DNA of 64,000 nt. It comes from Fimicolochytrium jonesii (taxonomy: Eukaryota). The position numbers and the translations under genes are program-made. The DNA is taken from NCBI RefSeq assembly GCF_025526975.1, contig NW_026515676.1, positions 682,001 to 746,000 on the forward strand. Reading direction: 5' to 3'. Positions 1-11,251 of this stretch are shown piece after piece. Numbering within the stretch: the first letter of the stretch is position 1; each line of letters opens with the position of its first letter. The notes under the pieces were generated by a model. It had not been told where the DNA came from. It did not search any database and saw nothing but the letters and a program-made list of their open reading frames with translations.

Positions 1-393
1 CTCCGTTGTGTACCTATTCGAAACAAGTCCGAGAGGTCGGAGATGGGAAAGCGAGCCTTCGCTAGGTTGCATATCTGGCACAATGGGTCTGATGTTCGTG
101 AATATGCAGTATGGTTGGTAAAGGACAACCCCAACATGTCGAAAGGACAACCTGATGCTCGTCCAGCAATACTTGCACTTTCTGCCGGCTGTTTTCGTGG
201 AGCCATTTGAGCACCTCGAGTGCTTTAGTCTTGCATTCCATCACATAACTCTCGCGTCAACCGTATCGCATCCCGCGGCCAGGGGGCGGCCGAATAGTTG
301 GAATGTTGGGCTTCGCATTTCACGACCAGGACGTCCATGAGCAGCAGTCGATGGATTTTTTTTTATATAGAGTCTTTTGGGCGCTCAAGGTGT

Positions 394-1244
394 CTCATTA
401 GTTAGCCGATTGCAATTGGACAATCGTCTAACTTATTTGAAGAACAGCGAAAGCAAATGCACGTACCTTCATCGTTTCTGACAGCGCGCGCAATACAAAG
501 AAGTATATTGAAAATTCGGTATTATACAACAAGCAAGCGTGCACGGGATTATAACAGAAAGATGTTTGTGGAAGAAGTATAAGTAAGTGCTAACCCCTCT
601 GGATTCCCTCGGAAGAGGTATGTGGGCTTGGGACCACCGTCGGCTCATTAGTTAGCCGATTGCAATTGGACAATCGTCTAACTTATTTGAAGAACAGCGA
701 AAGCAAATGCACGTACCTTCATCGTTTCTGACAGCGCGCGCAATACAAAGAAGTATATTGAAAATTCGGTATTATACAACAAGCAAGCGTGCACGGGATT
801 ATAACAGAAAGATGTTTGTGGAAGAAGTATAAGTAAGTGCTAACCCCTCTGGATTCCCTCGGAAGAGGTATGTGGGCTTGGGACCACCGTCGGCTCATTA
901 GTTAGCCGATTGCAATTGGACAATCGTCTAACTTATTTGAAGAACAGCGAAAGCAAATGCACGTACCTTCATCGTTTCTGACAGCGCGCGCAATACAAAG
1001 AAGTATATTGAAAATTCGGTATTATACAACAAGCAAGCGTGCACGGGATTATAACAGAAAGATGTTTGTGGAAGAAGTATAAGTAAGTGCTAACCCCTCT
1101 GGATTCCCTCGGAAGAGGTATGTGGGCTTGGGACCACCGTCGGCTCATTAGTTAGCCGATTGCAATTGGACAATCGTCTAACTTATTTGAAGAACAGCGA
1201 AAGCAAATGCACGTACCTTCATCGTTTCTGACAGCGCGCGCAAT
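394..1244. repeat. Perfect tandem array, 250-bp unit, ~3.4 copies
   Basis: Unit start CTCATTAGTTAGCCGATTGC at 394, 644, 894 and 1144; the copies look identical; the last copy is truncated after ...GCGCGCGCAAT (1244). Confidence 0.97.
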
Positions 1245-1842
1245 CCTCTACACAATTCTCCACATAGTTCGATGGCGAAACCAGCATTCCACCCCGCCCG
1301 GCCATCACGACCAAGAGACGATGGACGGGATGTCCAACCCGCTGCGATGGGTCCAGATTTCTCTTAACCTCAACCACATCGCCCCTGCTCTTCTTCCTTC
1401 CAGAGCACCGAAGCCCGACCCAACGTGGTCAACTCCAAGGGTTCAACGGATAGCCGGAAGTGGTGAAACCATATCGTCGAATTGCCGCCGGTGGTCCCAA
1501 ATCGCCGCCCAGTCAAGGGTCCTTGCGTATCAATGACCGCTTCGGGTGTAAACACCCTCGATCCGACTTGCACTGTGGCTCCATGCAGGTTCCCGTTGAT
1601 CGTAAGTTCCCCTGTAGACCGCAAACTCAGTAACGTCGACATGGTCTCAGGCGAGGCGTTACTAGTCCCCGTTCGAAACTCGAACCCATTAGTGTCTGTG
1701 CAAATGCCAAAAAAACCTCTCACTTGCATGCGTCCATACCTTGAGATTGCGATCAGTGCAAAATGTGTTGCCAGCGAAGCGCATTTCGAGCATATACGAA
1801 CCTTTTCCCGAACCCTCCCATTACAAAGCCCTCCTTTGGCCT

Positions 1843-2196
1843 GTGCATGGGTAGCCCGCGCGCCTACGTCGCCAACACCCTTTTCATCTTCCACCTCCTT
1901 TCCTGCCCACAAGGAGAAGGTGAAAGACGCCATGCACACCCGCTCTACACCCACGAGCTCTTTGGACTTATCGTGGTTTCAAGCACTTGACCGCGGCCTT
2001 GCCAGGCCCGGAACCAAAACAGGTATCTTTGCCTCCCGGCGTGATGCAGTCAGTGCATGGGTAGCCCACGCGCCTACGTCGCCAACACCCTTTTCATCAT
2101 CCACCTCCTTTCCTGCCCACAAGGAGGAGGTGAAAGACGCCATGCACACCCGCTCTACACCCACGAGCTCTTTGGACTTATCGTGGTTTCAAGCAC
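1843..2196. repeat. Direct duplication of ~144 bp (1843-1986 and 2053-2196), 210-bp period
   Basis: GTGCATGGGTAGCCC...TGGTTTCAAGCAC occurs twice with about 3 substitutions. Confidence 0.95.
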
Positions 2197-2499
2197 CTGA
2201 GCGCGCCGCCTTGAGTATACTTGAACGTATTTCAAGGAGACCGCAACTGCAAGCCAAGAGGAGGGAGATCGTCGAGAAACTATGCTGATCGCACAATGCG
2301 CAGAACAGACCGAGGAAAACACCCTTGTGGGAAAGTCGTTGATATCTCCCGCGAGGGGCCCAGTCACGTGTTTGATTACTCGGCGCAGCCGACGCGTCCA
2401 GCCGGCGTCCGGCCGTCCGGACAACATTTACAGAATTGCAGGTCCAACCGGGGCACGCCTTTACTGTAAACCGGTATATACCCGCCCAGACGTACTGTA

Positions 2500-3865
2500 C
2501 AGTCAGTGGACAAAAAGCTGTGTGCACCCCATATGGATTTCAATGACCGTTTCACAAAGCGCACCGCGCGTTTTGGAGCCGCAAGCTTGAGTATTGAAGC
2601 CAGCGACGAAGCCGTGATGGCGAAATGCACGCCAACATCTTCACCACCTCAGCTATGGGGAAACCTCTCACACCACAAAAAAGGGCAGCCATAGTTGCCC
2701 TCCATATAGCAGGCAAGACGACATCTGAAATTGCAAGGCAGGAGCACGTTCACAGGAATACTGTGAAGAACACTATTAAGAGGTTTGCGAACGAGAGTGC
2801 CACTGCACCAACCGCCTATCAATCGAAGAAGCCAACAGGAAGACCAGCTAAGTACCAGCCTTCTGACAATGATTTGGCTGCCTTCCGCAGTATTGTCGTT
2901 GCTGACAGTAGCACTCGGGAGAAAACACTAAAACAGATCACTTTTGAATTCACACAGCTCACCGGACTCCAGGTGTCTGCAAAAACAGTGCGTCGCTACC
3001 TACGGGACCTGCTCTATCTCACCTCGCGTTTCAAGGTCCAAAAGCCACTATTGACAGAGGACCATAAAGCAGCACGCCTTGCATTTGCACTGCAGCACCA
3101 AGACTGGACGGAAGCGGACTGGTCTCGTGTTTTCTGGACTGATGAGACGTCCTTTGAAATTGGCTGGGTACCTAAAATGCGGTGCTGGCGCTTACGAACT
3201 GAACGTTTTCATCCCGATTGCATCCAGGGCACCAGGAAGAGTGGACGAAAAACATTCATGTACTGGGGAGCATTCATTGGAAATGCAGTAGGTCCAATGA
3301 AAGAGATGCAGCGTGTTCAGCGAGAGGGTCAAAACCGTGGAGGGATTAACTCTACTGCCTATGTGCAACATCTTACTGCTAACATGTTGCCAATGTGGCG
3401 GAATCTAGAGATTTTTCTTCCCAATCCTCTCTTCATGCAGGACAACGCCCCTATTCATACATCGGCTGAAACTCGACAGTTCTTTGATGAACACGGCATT
3501 GAGCTTCTTCCCTGGCCAGCGCAGAGTCCAGATCTCAATCCGATTGAGAATCTGTGGGCAATGCTCAAACGGAAGGCATCGAAAGCGAACCCATCCCTGG
3601 AATGTTGGACAACGTTGTGCAAACTATATGGCCCACAATGCAGCCGCATCTTGATGCATTGACACGGTCAATGCCATCAAGAATGGCAGCCGTAATCGCA
3701 GCCAATGGGGGGACAACTAGGTATTAGCGAAATTCAGATCTAGATCCATTCATTTAGGTCAGGTTTCGCAATGCCCCAAGATTAAGGATGATGAGTTGAT
3801 GTCGCGCAACGCGCGTCAGACACTGACTTAATCTGGCATGCACACAGCTTTATGTCCACTGACTG
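2500..3865 (+). mobile_element. Tc1/mariner (Tc1-type, DD34E) DNA transposon, 1366 bp
   Basis: 27-bp TIRs: CAGTCAGTGGACAAAAAGCTGTGTGCA (2500-2526) and TGCACACAGCTTTATGTCCACTGACTG (3839-3865), 1 mismatch. TA target duplication at 2498-2499 and 3866-3867. Internal transposase. Confidence 0.96.
2655..3727 (+). pseudogene. Tc1-like transposase with a frameshift near 3590-3600
   Basis: N-terminal HTH region, then WTDET ... QDNAPIH ... WPAQSPDLNPIENLW with 34 residues between the second D and E. The canonical C-terminus (SMPSRMAAVIAANGGTTRY*) is in another frame, ending at TAG 3725-3727. Confidence 0.92.
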
Positions 3866-3930
3866 TATATCCTGTATATCCCTGTGTACCCTATCCTGTA
3901 TATCCAGCGCACAGCAGCAACCCGAAGAAC

Positions 3931-6049
3931 ATGGCAGATTCGAGCGATTACGAGTCCGAGCACGAAGGAGGTCTTTTCGACGACTGCGTCGTGGAAGTTT
4001 CGTCGGATGCCGACGACGCAAAGGCGTGGGCGGTGAACCCGAACGACCTTTTTTACGTTAAAAAAAAATTGCAAGCAGACTGTTTCGAACCAATCATGTT
4101 TGCGCAGCGATGCAAGTGGACGGAGGAGTTCGAGCCAAAGGCCAAGTCATATGTTCACGACTGCGTTCAAGCCGCTGTGGACAGTCTGAACAAGCAAGAT
4201 GGGCATATGAAAGTGAAATTGAAATTCGTGGCAAAAAACGTAAAGAGGCTGAAGACGTATGATGTAATAATCAGATGAGTTATTTGCACCGAGGCCATCC
4301 ATGGTGATGGTGTACGCGCTAAAGGCTTCATAGTGGTCCGATGAAGGTCCACGGGGAAAGTTTTGGGAAGCCACCAAGCTGAAGGCGCAGATGGTAAATG
4401 CCTTCATTGACGCACCGCTCCAGTTTTGATTTCGAAAATCCAATTTGCTGACTGATGTGTGGCACACAGCGTCAAAACAGGCTTAAGCGACTGGCTGAGG
4501 CGGATGAAGACCTGACGGAAAACACGAAGCGCATACGCAGGGCATCCAAGAGCCAGGTGATGGGGGCTGTACCTCGGTTTTTTGATCAAACATCCAACTG
4601 ACTACGTGTCCCGTCATTCAGAGCGTTTACGGCGATCAGTGGCGTAATGTTTTGAATGCGAAAATCTGGGACCTTGTGCCGCGGTCCTTGGAGAATGACC
4701 ATTTGTGTCGATGGAGTGCAACATTGAACGATATCGCACAGCATTTCCAAAATCCATCCGGTCAGTATGTCTGTTTTGCGCTGCCGGTGTGTGGTTTCCG
4801 GCCACCCTTTTTCTTAATGCGCAAATGTATCAGAGGGAACCGTGCTAGTGGATCTTCGAACTGGCTCAACGCAACTTGCCGTTCTCCCGGACGAAGTTGT
4901 GGAGAAATACGGCGAATCGCTAGATGAACGCTTCGGGACTATATTCCCAGAGGAGGCACAGTCCTTCCTGGAAACGTTGTTTTCGAGTTTGCAAGATCGC
5001 TCCGCGAACAAGTGGGAGGAATATATGGATTCCATACCAAAACCAGAGTCTGCCCTGGTGGCTGATGTCTTGGCGGTCATCAAGCACACTCTCCCTGCAT
5101 TGTGAGTGAACATGTGCCAAGTGCCAAGTACACACATTCACGGACGCATTTTACTGACAATTCTGTACTGACCAGTTGCCGCGCGTTCGAACGCGACGAC
5201 AACCCGCTGAAAAGCAGAAGCACGTTGGAGGCCGAGCACTTGGGAACGTTCATCCATCCCATTTTCCGGGAGAGTTGCCATAGGTTTGCTCAGGGAACAG
5301 TGTGGCGATCGGGGGAGATTGCCACAGACTATTCCGTCAAAAGGGAGAAGGCTGATGGAATTGCTGTCGTTAAAAATCGCGACGATCTACCCATTGGTTA
5401 TTTCGAAGGGGGCGAGACCAGTTCCGAAGAAAGGTAAAAGGGCAGCGGATGGGGAGAAGATCCTGAGGAATGTAACGACCATTTTCGCGAGCACTGTGAC
5501 CAACCTCCTGAGCTCGCGTCGTCGTGTCCCGGACGCCCTCATGACCTTTGGAGCACAATCCGTCGGATTGGAAGTGATCTGTAGCGTTCTAAAGCTTCAT
5601 GGTATGGTACTGCGAAGCAAGTCATGACATGCGAAAATGGCTGATATTTGGATTGCTTGCAGGGCAGCTTTTCTGTCATGAGTTGGAAAGAGCAAACGTC
5701 CCAGCGCAGGAATCTGATGTTTCACTTTTCGTGGAACTATACCAATGCATTATGACGTGGACGGTAAAATGATAACACGATTTTGTGCAACGAATCTCTA
5801 ACTAATTTCTTGCATGTCAGATAGTGATGGGGACCGCGATCAAGAACATTGAGGCTAAACCTTTGAAGAAAAGAGCGACAAGGAAGTCGCACATAATGGC
5901 TTCGCGGCTCTTGACCCAGGCGGGGTGGGTGGTCTCAAGATTTCCTTCTCATGCCCATCAGCTAACTCATCCTTGGAACTAGCAATTCTGAGGCAGGGAT
6001 CCCCCACGGTGTAGAAGATTTCGGCGATGACGCTATCAGTCAGGCGTAA
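3931..6049 (+). pseudogene. Multi-exon gene for a PD-(D/E)XK / restriction-endonuclease-like protein; 1-nt frameshift in a G5 run (5408-5412), real or a sequencing error
   Basis: Splices by eye through about 8 GT-AG introns. The C-terminal part EAEHLGTFIHPIF...WRSGE...KADGIAV...PIGYFEG(A)RP...DGEKILRN resembles the E...D...E(xK) REase-like core common in early-diverging fungi. Removing one G restores FEGARPVPKK. Confidence 0.6.
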
Positions 6050-6662
6050 AGTTGTTTGGAAACTAGGATTTCGAAACTCGCAAGCTCAGTATACCCGAGT
6101 AGCCGCAGCTTTGTAGATCACGACGAGAGGACGTTTTCTATTGGAGGATGACATGATGTGAATGAATGAGAAGCATGATGCTTGGATGGCATGGAGCTTC
6201 CCATGGGAAAACCCATCCTCGCTGAAAAAAAAAGAAGGAGAAAATAATTATGAGTGCATGATGAGCATGATGTCTGGATGGCACAGATTCTCGTAAAAGA
6301 ATCCTCAGGCACATCCAAAGGAAAGGGAGGAAAAACCGCCAGTGTACAAGGTGCATCACACTTGTGGATCTTGTCTATGCACAACATACACAACATCCGC
6401 AGGAGTGTCTGGCTCCTGGTTCTCAAAACGTAACGGCTGCACCACTGTCTATATAGATACCATCGTTACAGCTGATCCACTACTGTTTCGCTTTCAAGGC
6501 ACGATGCGCATCTTGCGCATTCCGGAGCTGCAGCGAGACGCGTAAGGTGTGTTAAATAACACTTTTGAAATCGCTTGTCGATTGACAGCGCATAAGATGT
6601 GGCTTCTCTGTTTTCCGTTCCGCCTGACGTTGCAAAATGTATTTCTCACTCACGTGAATTTG

Positions 6663-6722
6663 GCTTTGTGGCAATCGCTGATTTAATTCATGGGGGGCAC
6701 AGCTTTATGCGAGGTGACTGTA
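6663..6722 (-). mobile_element. Orphan diverged Tc1-type terminus plus TA
   Basis: GGGGCACAGCTTTATGCGAGGTGACTG|TA (6694-6722) matches the 3839-3865 TIR at 19/27 positions with identical spacing. Its reverse complement stays similar to 2500-2560 for ~60 nt (CCCCAT..GAATT..ACAAAGC). Confidence 0.7.
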
Positions 6723-6799
6723 AGTGATCTGCTGCTGAGATTCAGCCCCAGCTCGCACTTCGAGGCATTTTGAAATGTTTTACACCATCCTGGATAGCC

Positions 6800-9700
6800 A
6801 TGAGCACGAGGAGGTCCGCGCTGTCGGCCATAGCTTTCGTCGCCACAGGGCCTACTGTCGCTCCACGAAGTATAGCGACGACTCGGGCGACGACTCGAAA
6901 ATCCCGCCGTGATGAAGCTTACTTGCTCCTGTCAGCTTGCTTCCGAGAATGCTCGAACAAGAGACGGAATTCCTTAACAGCGTGTCACAGCCAACGCTTA
7001 TTCTGCTGCTTCGCAAGCATAAGAGCATCCGAACTGCCACGGGATATGGGCAAAATACGCCGTCAAACCCGAGGATATTCGACCGTCAACGCCGTCACAA
7101 CCTCGTCGACGGAAGCGGATTATGCGGAGTCGCCGGAGGCGCTACAAGTCACGGAGTATCTGACTTCGGTCGAGAGTTGTGAAGATGCGCCCCACCGGAT
7201 AGCAGCCGTAGAGGACCTCTGCGAGCTCCTCCGACAACCCACGCCGGACCCCGATGTAGTTTACGCGATCCTTCAAAAGGCTACGAGTCACACCGAACGT
7301 CGAGTCTATCTCCCCAGGACTGTCTGGTCGGCTGCCATCGAAGCCATCGCGCGGTCCACGCCGCCGGAGGTCGCTCGAAAGCGGTTGTCAGCCGCATTAC
7401 GCAGCAAAGCCCGTTATGGCTCACATGTGACTGACGATGACGTGCTTATGTTGAGCGCTGCGAGTGCTCACCGGTTGAGCACCGCGGAGGACGTTGAAAA
7501 CTTCTTGATTGACGTGGGTCGATCGTTTGACAAGCAGCTGAATGTTGCCTTGATCGTGCAGCTGATGTGGGGTTTGCTGAGGCAAGGAAAGGCGGAGGAG
7601 GCTGGGAGATTCATCGGGGCGCATGTTGACCGGAAGCGCAGGTTTGTCTGGAAGCCTACTTTTTTTCGGGAGGTCGTGAATCAGCTTATGGCTCTGTGCA
7701 AGACGCAGCAGGCGATATTGCTCGAAAAGAAAATGAGGAGGGAGTTGGCAATCTTGGAAACGAACATGGAGAGTGTCCTGAGGGAGCTGATCCTGTCGTA
7801 CCGCGAGTCAGCCGGGCATGGGGCGGTGACCACAGAGGACTACAATATTCTCGCTGTATTAAAGCGACATTCCATAACGGGCTTTGAGGAAGCAGCCATG
7901 TACTTAAGACATATGGGTGCGGACAATTTTGTCCCAGACGCCCGCACGTTTGGTCATCTCATCGATCCCCTCATTCTTCTGGATAAACCGAGCGACGTAG
8001 CCAAGCTCCTTGGGCTTGCCAAAAGGCGAGGTTTCGAGGATGACATCGCGCTAGAAGGCCATGTTCTATGGCTCTTCGTCCGGCAAAGCGAAGGGCATGA
8101 ACTGGCAGATTGGTATCAAGGCCGATTTGCAGGCGCGCGGCAGGAACTGATCCGTAAGCACTTCAGGACGATGGAGCTGCTTCTCAACCGCCTTTTGCAC
8201 CACGGGTATCCCGAAATGGCCGCCACAGTCGCCACCGACATCCACCAGGCTGCCAAGTACCCCAGCAAGTACACCAGCGAGCGCATCGTGGAGGATCTGC
8301 TCGTTGTAGGCCACTTCGAGCGCGCATACGAGTACTTCCGGGTGCTGACGGGATCGGTATCCGAGGACCTGAAGGACGCCGAAAGCTTACCCATCACCGA
8401 ACGCTTCTTTTCCGTCCTCATCCGCGAAGCTACCAAGCGGCGCGCGACCAACGAAGCTATTGCGGTGTACGACAAGATGCGGGAGCTGGGGCTTCGCCCC
8501 TCGTGCATGACGCTCACACCGCTGGTGGCTTACTGCTCCAACACGCGCGACGACGTCACCCTCGGGAGGGTGTTCCACAACATGGAGGCTGACGGCGTGA
8601 TCCCCGACGAGGTCATCTGCGCCGTTATGATGCAGCGGTATATGCGTGAAGGCGCATACAAGGCCGCGGCGGGCTTGCTGGGCTTTATGCAGCGCTCGGG
8701 GGTGGCCGTCACTCCGCAAATCTATAGCACGTATATGGGCGGACTAATCAAGGCCGGGCGCGTGGACGCTGTGGCGGGCGTACTGCGGAGTTCTGATCCC
8801 AAGCATGGGTATAGCTCACTGTTGGCGAACAACGCCCTCCTGAGGTCGCATATAGACGCGGGGCATGATGACACGGCCTGGGCGCTGTGGACGAATATGC
8901 GAGAGAACAGGGATTTCAATCATGTCACATTCTCTATCATGTGGCCGCTGATGTTTAAGCGTGGCCTGGAGGATGATATCCAGTTGGTGTTTCGGGAGCT
9001 CATGGCGAGAGTGATAGGCAGCGATGGCGCCGTTGCAGATGCCAGGAACCTATCGAAGCCGAAACAACCGAATCCCTCCCCACACAAGTTATACACGCTC
9101 TACGACATCATGCTCGACAGATATCTCCAACACGACGCCTTACCCTCTGCGCTCGCCGTTTTCTCCGAAATGAAGGAGAAACACCGCGACCTCGTCACCG
9201 TCAAAGATTATCTCGCCCTGATTGGCGCCGCCGCCGCATCTGATGCCAACGGCGGAGGCGTGACCACGGCCCTCCAACTCTTCACCGAGGCACAAGACGT
9301 CCTTCCTCGCGTCGCGGAAGCTAATCGCCTACCCAACCATCTTGCAAAGCGAAGCGTCGTCCTCGCGCCGCTGTTTGATGGGGCTATCACGAGGTTGCTG
9401 AAATATGGTCACCGCGATGAAGCGATGCTGCTTTTCCACCGTGCGAAGGGCAGGAAGCTTTTCGACGGTCGTGTAAACGGTGTGGTGATCTCGCACACGA
9501 CGTACGCGGCTGTGGTGGCCGCGTATTGTGCCGCTCCGCCTTACACCGAGCGCAATGATTTGGGAATGGCGGTCAAGTACCACGCTGACGCCGTGCGCTA
9601 TTTTCCGTCCACCCTCGACGCGGACGCCAATGCTCCCCTGATCATACCTCTTGTCAAGGATTTGCTGGCTGCAACTACCGATGCTGGCGGTGACAATCAC

Positions 9701-11083
9701 ACCAAAAAACCAGAGATTCCCGGAAACTCCAAGTTTGCACGGCGGAGACTGCAGGCGGTGGTAACGACACATTTGAAGCACTTTCAAAATCTGAGGTGGG
9801 ATGCGGCGGTGGCATGTTTGAGCGCTTGTAATCGCTCGAAGATGTGGGAATTCGGTGGATGGATTATTGAGCGAGTCAGGGACGGAGGCGTTGATCTGGG
9901 TGGTGAGCGGACACGACAACCAGCCATACCCTTCATCGCCGGGACCAGTCCTTCCGACAATACCGAGACCCAGCCCGACCCCTTTCAAACCAGTGCACTC
10001 ACGAAGCTCGGCAACACAGTGCTGGAGTTTTATGCCAAACAAGGTCTGGCCAAGCAGATGGAATATGCTTTTGTCGAGATGCGGCAGGGAGTGTGGTTCG
10101 CAGATACTTTCACTCGTACTCCTGCTGGTGGTGATGCGTATTCACCGTCGCCGCCAAGACCCAATGATACGAATATTCTAGCCTTCCAACCCGACACGGC
10201 CACTTACACGATCCTGCTCGACGGTTATGGACGCGCGCGCGAGCCGAGAAATGCATGGGAGCTGTTCAAGGAGGTGCTCCTGGTACCGGGTGTAGGGCCG
10301 TATCCAGGCGGAAAAACCGCCACACAGCGCCTCGAAAGCAACGCCAAAACATCATCGGCTCTGGCCACCCACTCCCAAGTTCTACCGCTACCAACGCCGA
10401 CCACCACTCCACTTGACGCTCGGATTTGGGGCATTGGGCACGCGACCGTGTCTGTGATGCTTGACGTCCTCGCGTTCGCTAGGGAGGATACCGCTGTACA
10501 GACATTGTGGGGCGTGATCACGGGATATATACCAGTTAAGCAAAAGAAGCGGGAGGGAGACCCGAATGGAGTGGAAAGGGAAAAGCAGCACAGCATGCCT
10601 ATCCCCGTGGACGTGAACTGCATAACATCCTATCTCGAGGCGTGTGTGCGGTGTGGACGCATTGAGGGCGTTATTGAGGTGTTGGATCGCGGAACGGAAG
10701 AAGGCCGTGTAGCGAGCCATAACGAAGGATCGTCTTCGCCATCGACCAACGACGCGTCTGACAACACCGTCGACGACACCAAAGTAGCCGCACCACCGAA
10801 CACAGCGTACCCCTGGATGGACGCCAAAACCCTCACCAACGTCGTCCTCCTTGTCCGCGCTGCCGAACTCAATTCAAACAAGGTTGAGGTGTACGAAAAC
10901 CGCTTGTGGGATGTGTATCGAAGGCGGTACCCGCACTTATGGGAGGCCGTTTGGCAGAGAGTTGGGGTGTCGAGTCGTGGTGGTCGTCATATTGGAATTG
11001 GAGTTGGGGTAGGTGACGTCGATAGTAGAGGAAAGGAACGAGAGTCGATTTTGCGGAAGGAGGGGGCGTGGATCTTGCGGTGA
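6800..11083 (+). CDS. Pentatricopeptide-repeat (PPR) protein, probably mitochondrial
   Basis: Long uninterrupted ORF with PPR-type units (AIAVYDKMRELGLRPSCMTL, FHNMEADGVIPDEVICAVMM, PDTATYTILLDGYGRA) and an R/S/T-rich N-terminus. Start codon uncertain. Confidence 0.85.
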   Translation: MSTRRSALSAIAFVATGPTVAPRSIATTRATTRKSRRDEAYLLLSACFRECSNKRRNSLTACHSQRLFCCFASIRASELPRDMGKIRRQTRGYSTVNAVTTSSTEADYAESPEALQVTEYLTSVESCEDAPHRIAAVEDLCELLRQPTPDPDVVYAILQKATSHTERRVYLPRTVWSAAIEAIARSTPPEVARKRLSAALRSKARYGSHVTDDDVLMLSAASAHRLSTAEDVENFLIDVGRSFDKQLNVALIVQLMWGLLRQGKAEEAGRFIGAHVDRKRRFVWKPTFFREVVNQLMALCKTQQAILLEKKMRRELAILETNMESVLRELILSYRESAGHGAVTTEDYNILAVLKRHSITGFEEAAMYLRHMGADNFVPDARTFGHLIDPLILLDKPSDVAKLLGLAKRRGFEDDIALEGHVLWLFVRQSEGHELADWYQGRFAGARQELIRKHFRTMELLLNRLLHHGYPEMAATVATDIHQAAKYPSKYTSERIVEDLLVVGHFERAYEYFRVLTGSVSEDLKDAESLPITERFFSVLIREATKRRATNEAIAVYDKMRELGLRPSCMTLTPLVAYCSNTRDDVTLGRVFHNMEADGVIPDEVICAVMMQRYMREGAYKAAAGLLGFMQRSGVAVTPQIYSTYMGGLIKAGRVDAVAGVLRSSDPKHGYSSLLANNALLRSHIDAGHDDTAWALWTNMRENRDFNHVTFSIMWPLMFKRGLEDDIQLVFRELMARVIGSDGAVADARNLSKPKQPNPSPHKLYTLYDIMLDRYLQHDALPSALAVFSEMKEKHRDLVTVKDYLALIGAAAASDANGGGVTTALQLFTEAQDVLPRVAEANRLPNHLAKRSVVLAPLFDGAITRLLKYGHRDEAMLLFHRAKGRKLFDGRVNGVVISHTTYAAVVAAYCAAPPYTERNDLGMAVKYHADAVRYFPSTLDADANAPLIIPLVKDLLAATTDAGGDNHTKKPEIPGNSKFARRRLQAVVTTHLKHFQNLRWDAAVACLSACNRSKMWEFGGWIIERVRDGGVDLGGERTRQPAIPFIAGTSPSDNTETQPDPFQTSALTKLGNTVLEFYAKQGLAKQMEYAFVEMRQGVWFADTFTRTPAGGDAYSPSPPRPNDTNILAFQPDTATYTILLDGYGRAREPRNAWELFKEVLLVPGVGPYPGGKTATQRLESNAKTSSALATHSQVLPLPTPTTTPLDARIWGIGHATVSVMLDVLAFAREDTAVQTLWGVITGYIPVKQKKREGDPNGVEREKQHSMPIPVDVNCITSYLEACVRCGRIEGVIEVLDRGTEEGRVASHNEGSSSPSTNDASDNTVDDTKVAAPPNTAYPWMDAKTLTNVVLLVRAAELNSNKVEVYENRLWDVYRRRYPHLWEAVWQRVGVSSRGGRHIGIGVGVGDVDSRGKERESILRKEGAWILR

Positions 11084-11251
11084 ACTGTGTCTGGCGGCTG
11101 TCTGGCGGCGTACGTACTTTCGATATGGCTACTCTCGACATCAAAGAATCATGCGGTTTTGAATATTGAGATTTTTTCAAGTGGGTATTTACAAGAATAT
11201 GCAGCCATCGTGTGGACCCTCTTTACATCACATTTACATCTGGGATTCAAT

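Noticed and set aside
62..244. LEVLKWLHEN ankyrin-like peptide, and LCQICNLAK (HNH-like) in another minus frame
   Set aside because: Isolated short motifs with stops nearby and no supporting repeats or domain.
394..1244. CRISPR-like array
   Set aside because: Units are fully identical with no spacers, and the context is eukaryotic with no cas genes.
3868..6720. Fanzor/TnpB cargo with omega-RNA in the Tc1 region
   Set aside because: No RuvC (D..PG / E / D) or zinc-finger motifs in the spliced cargo protein; it looks REase-like instead.
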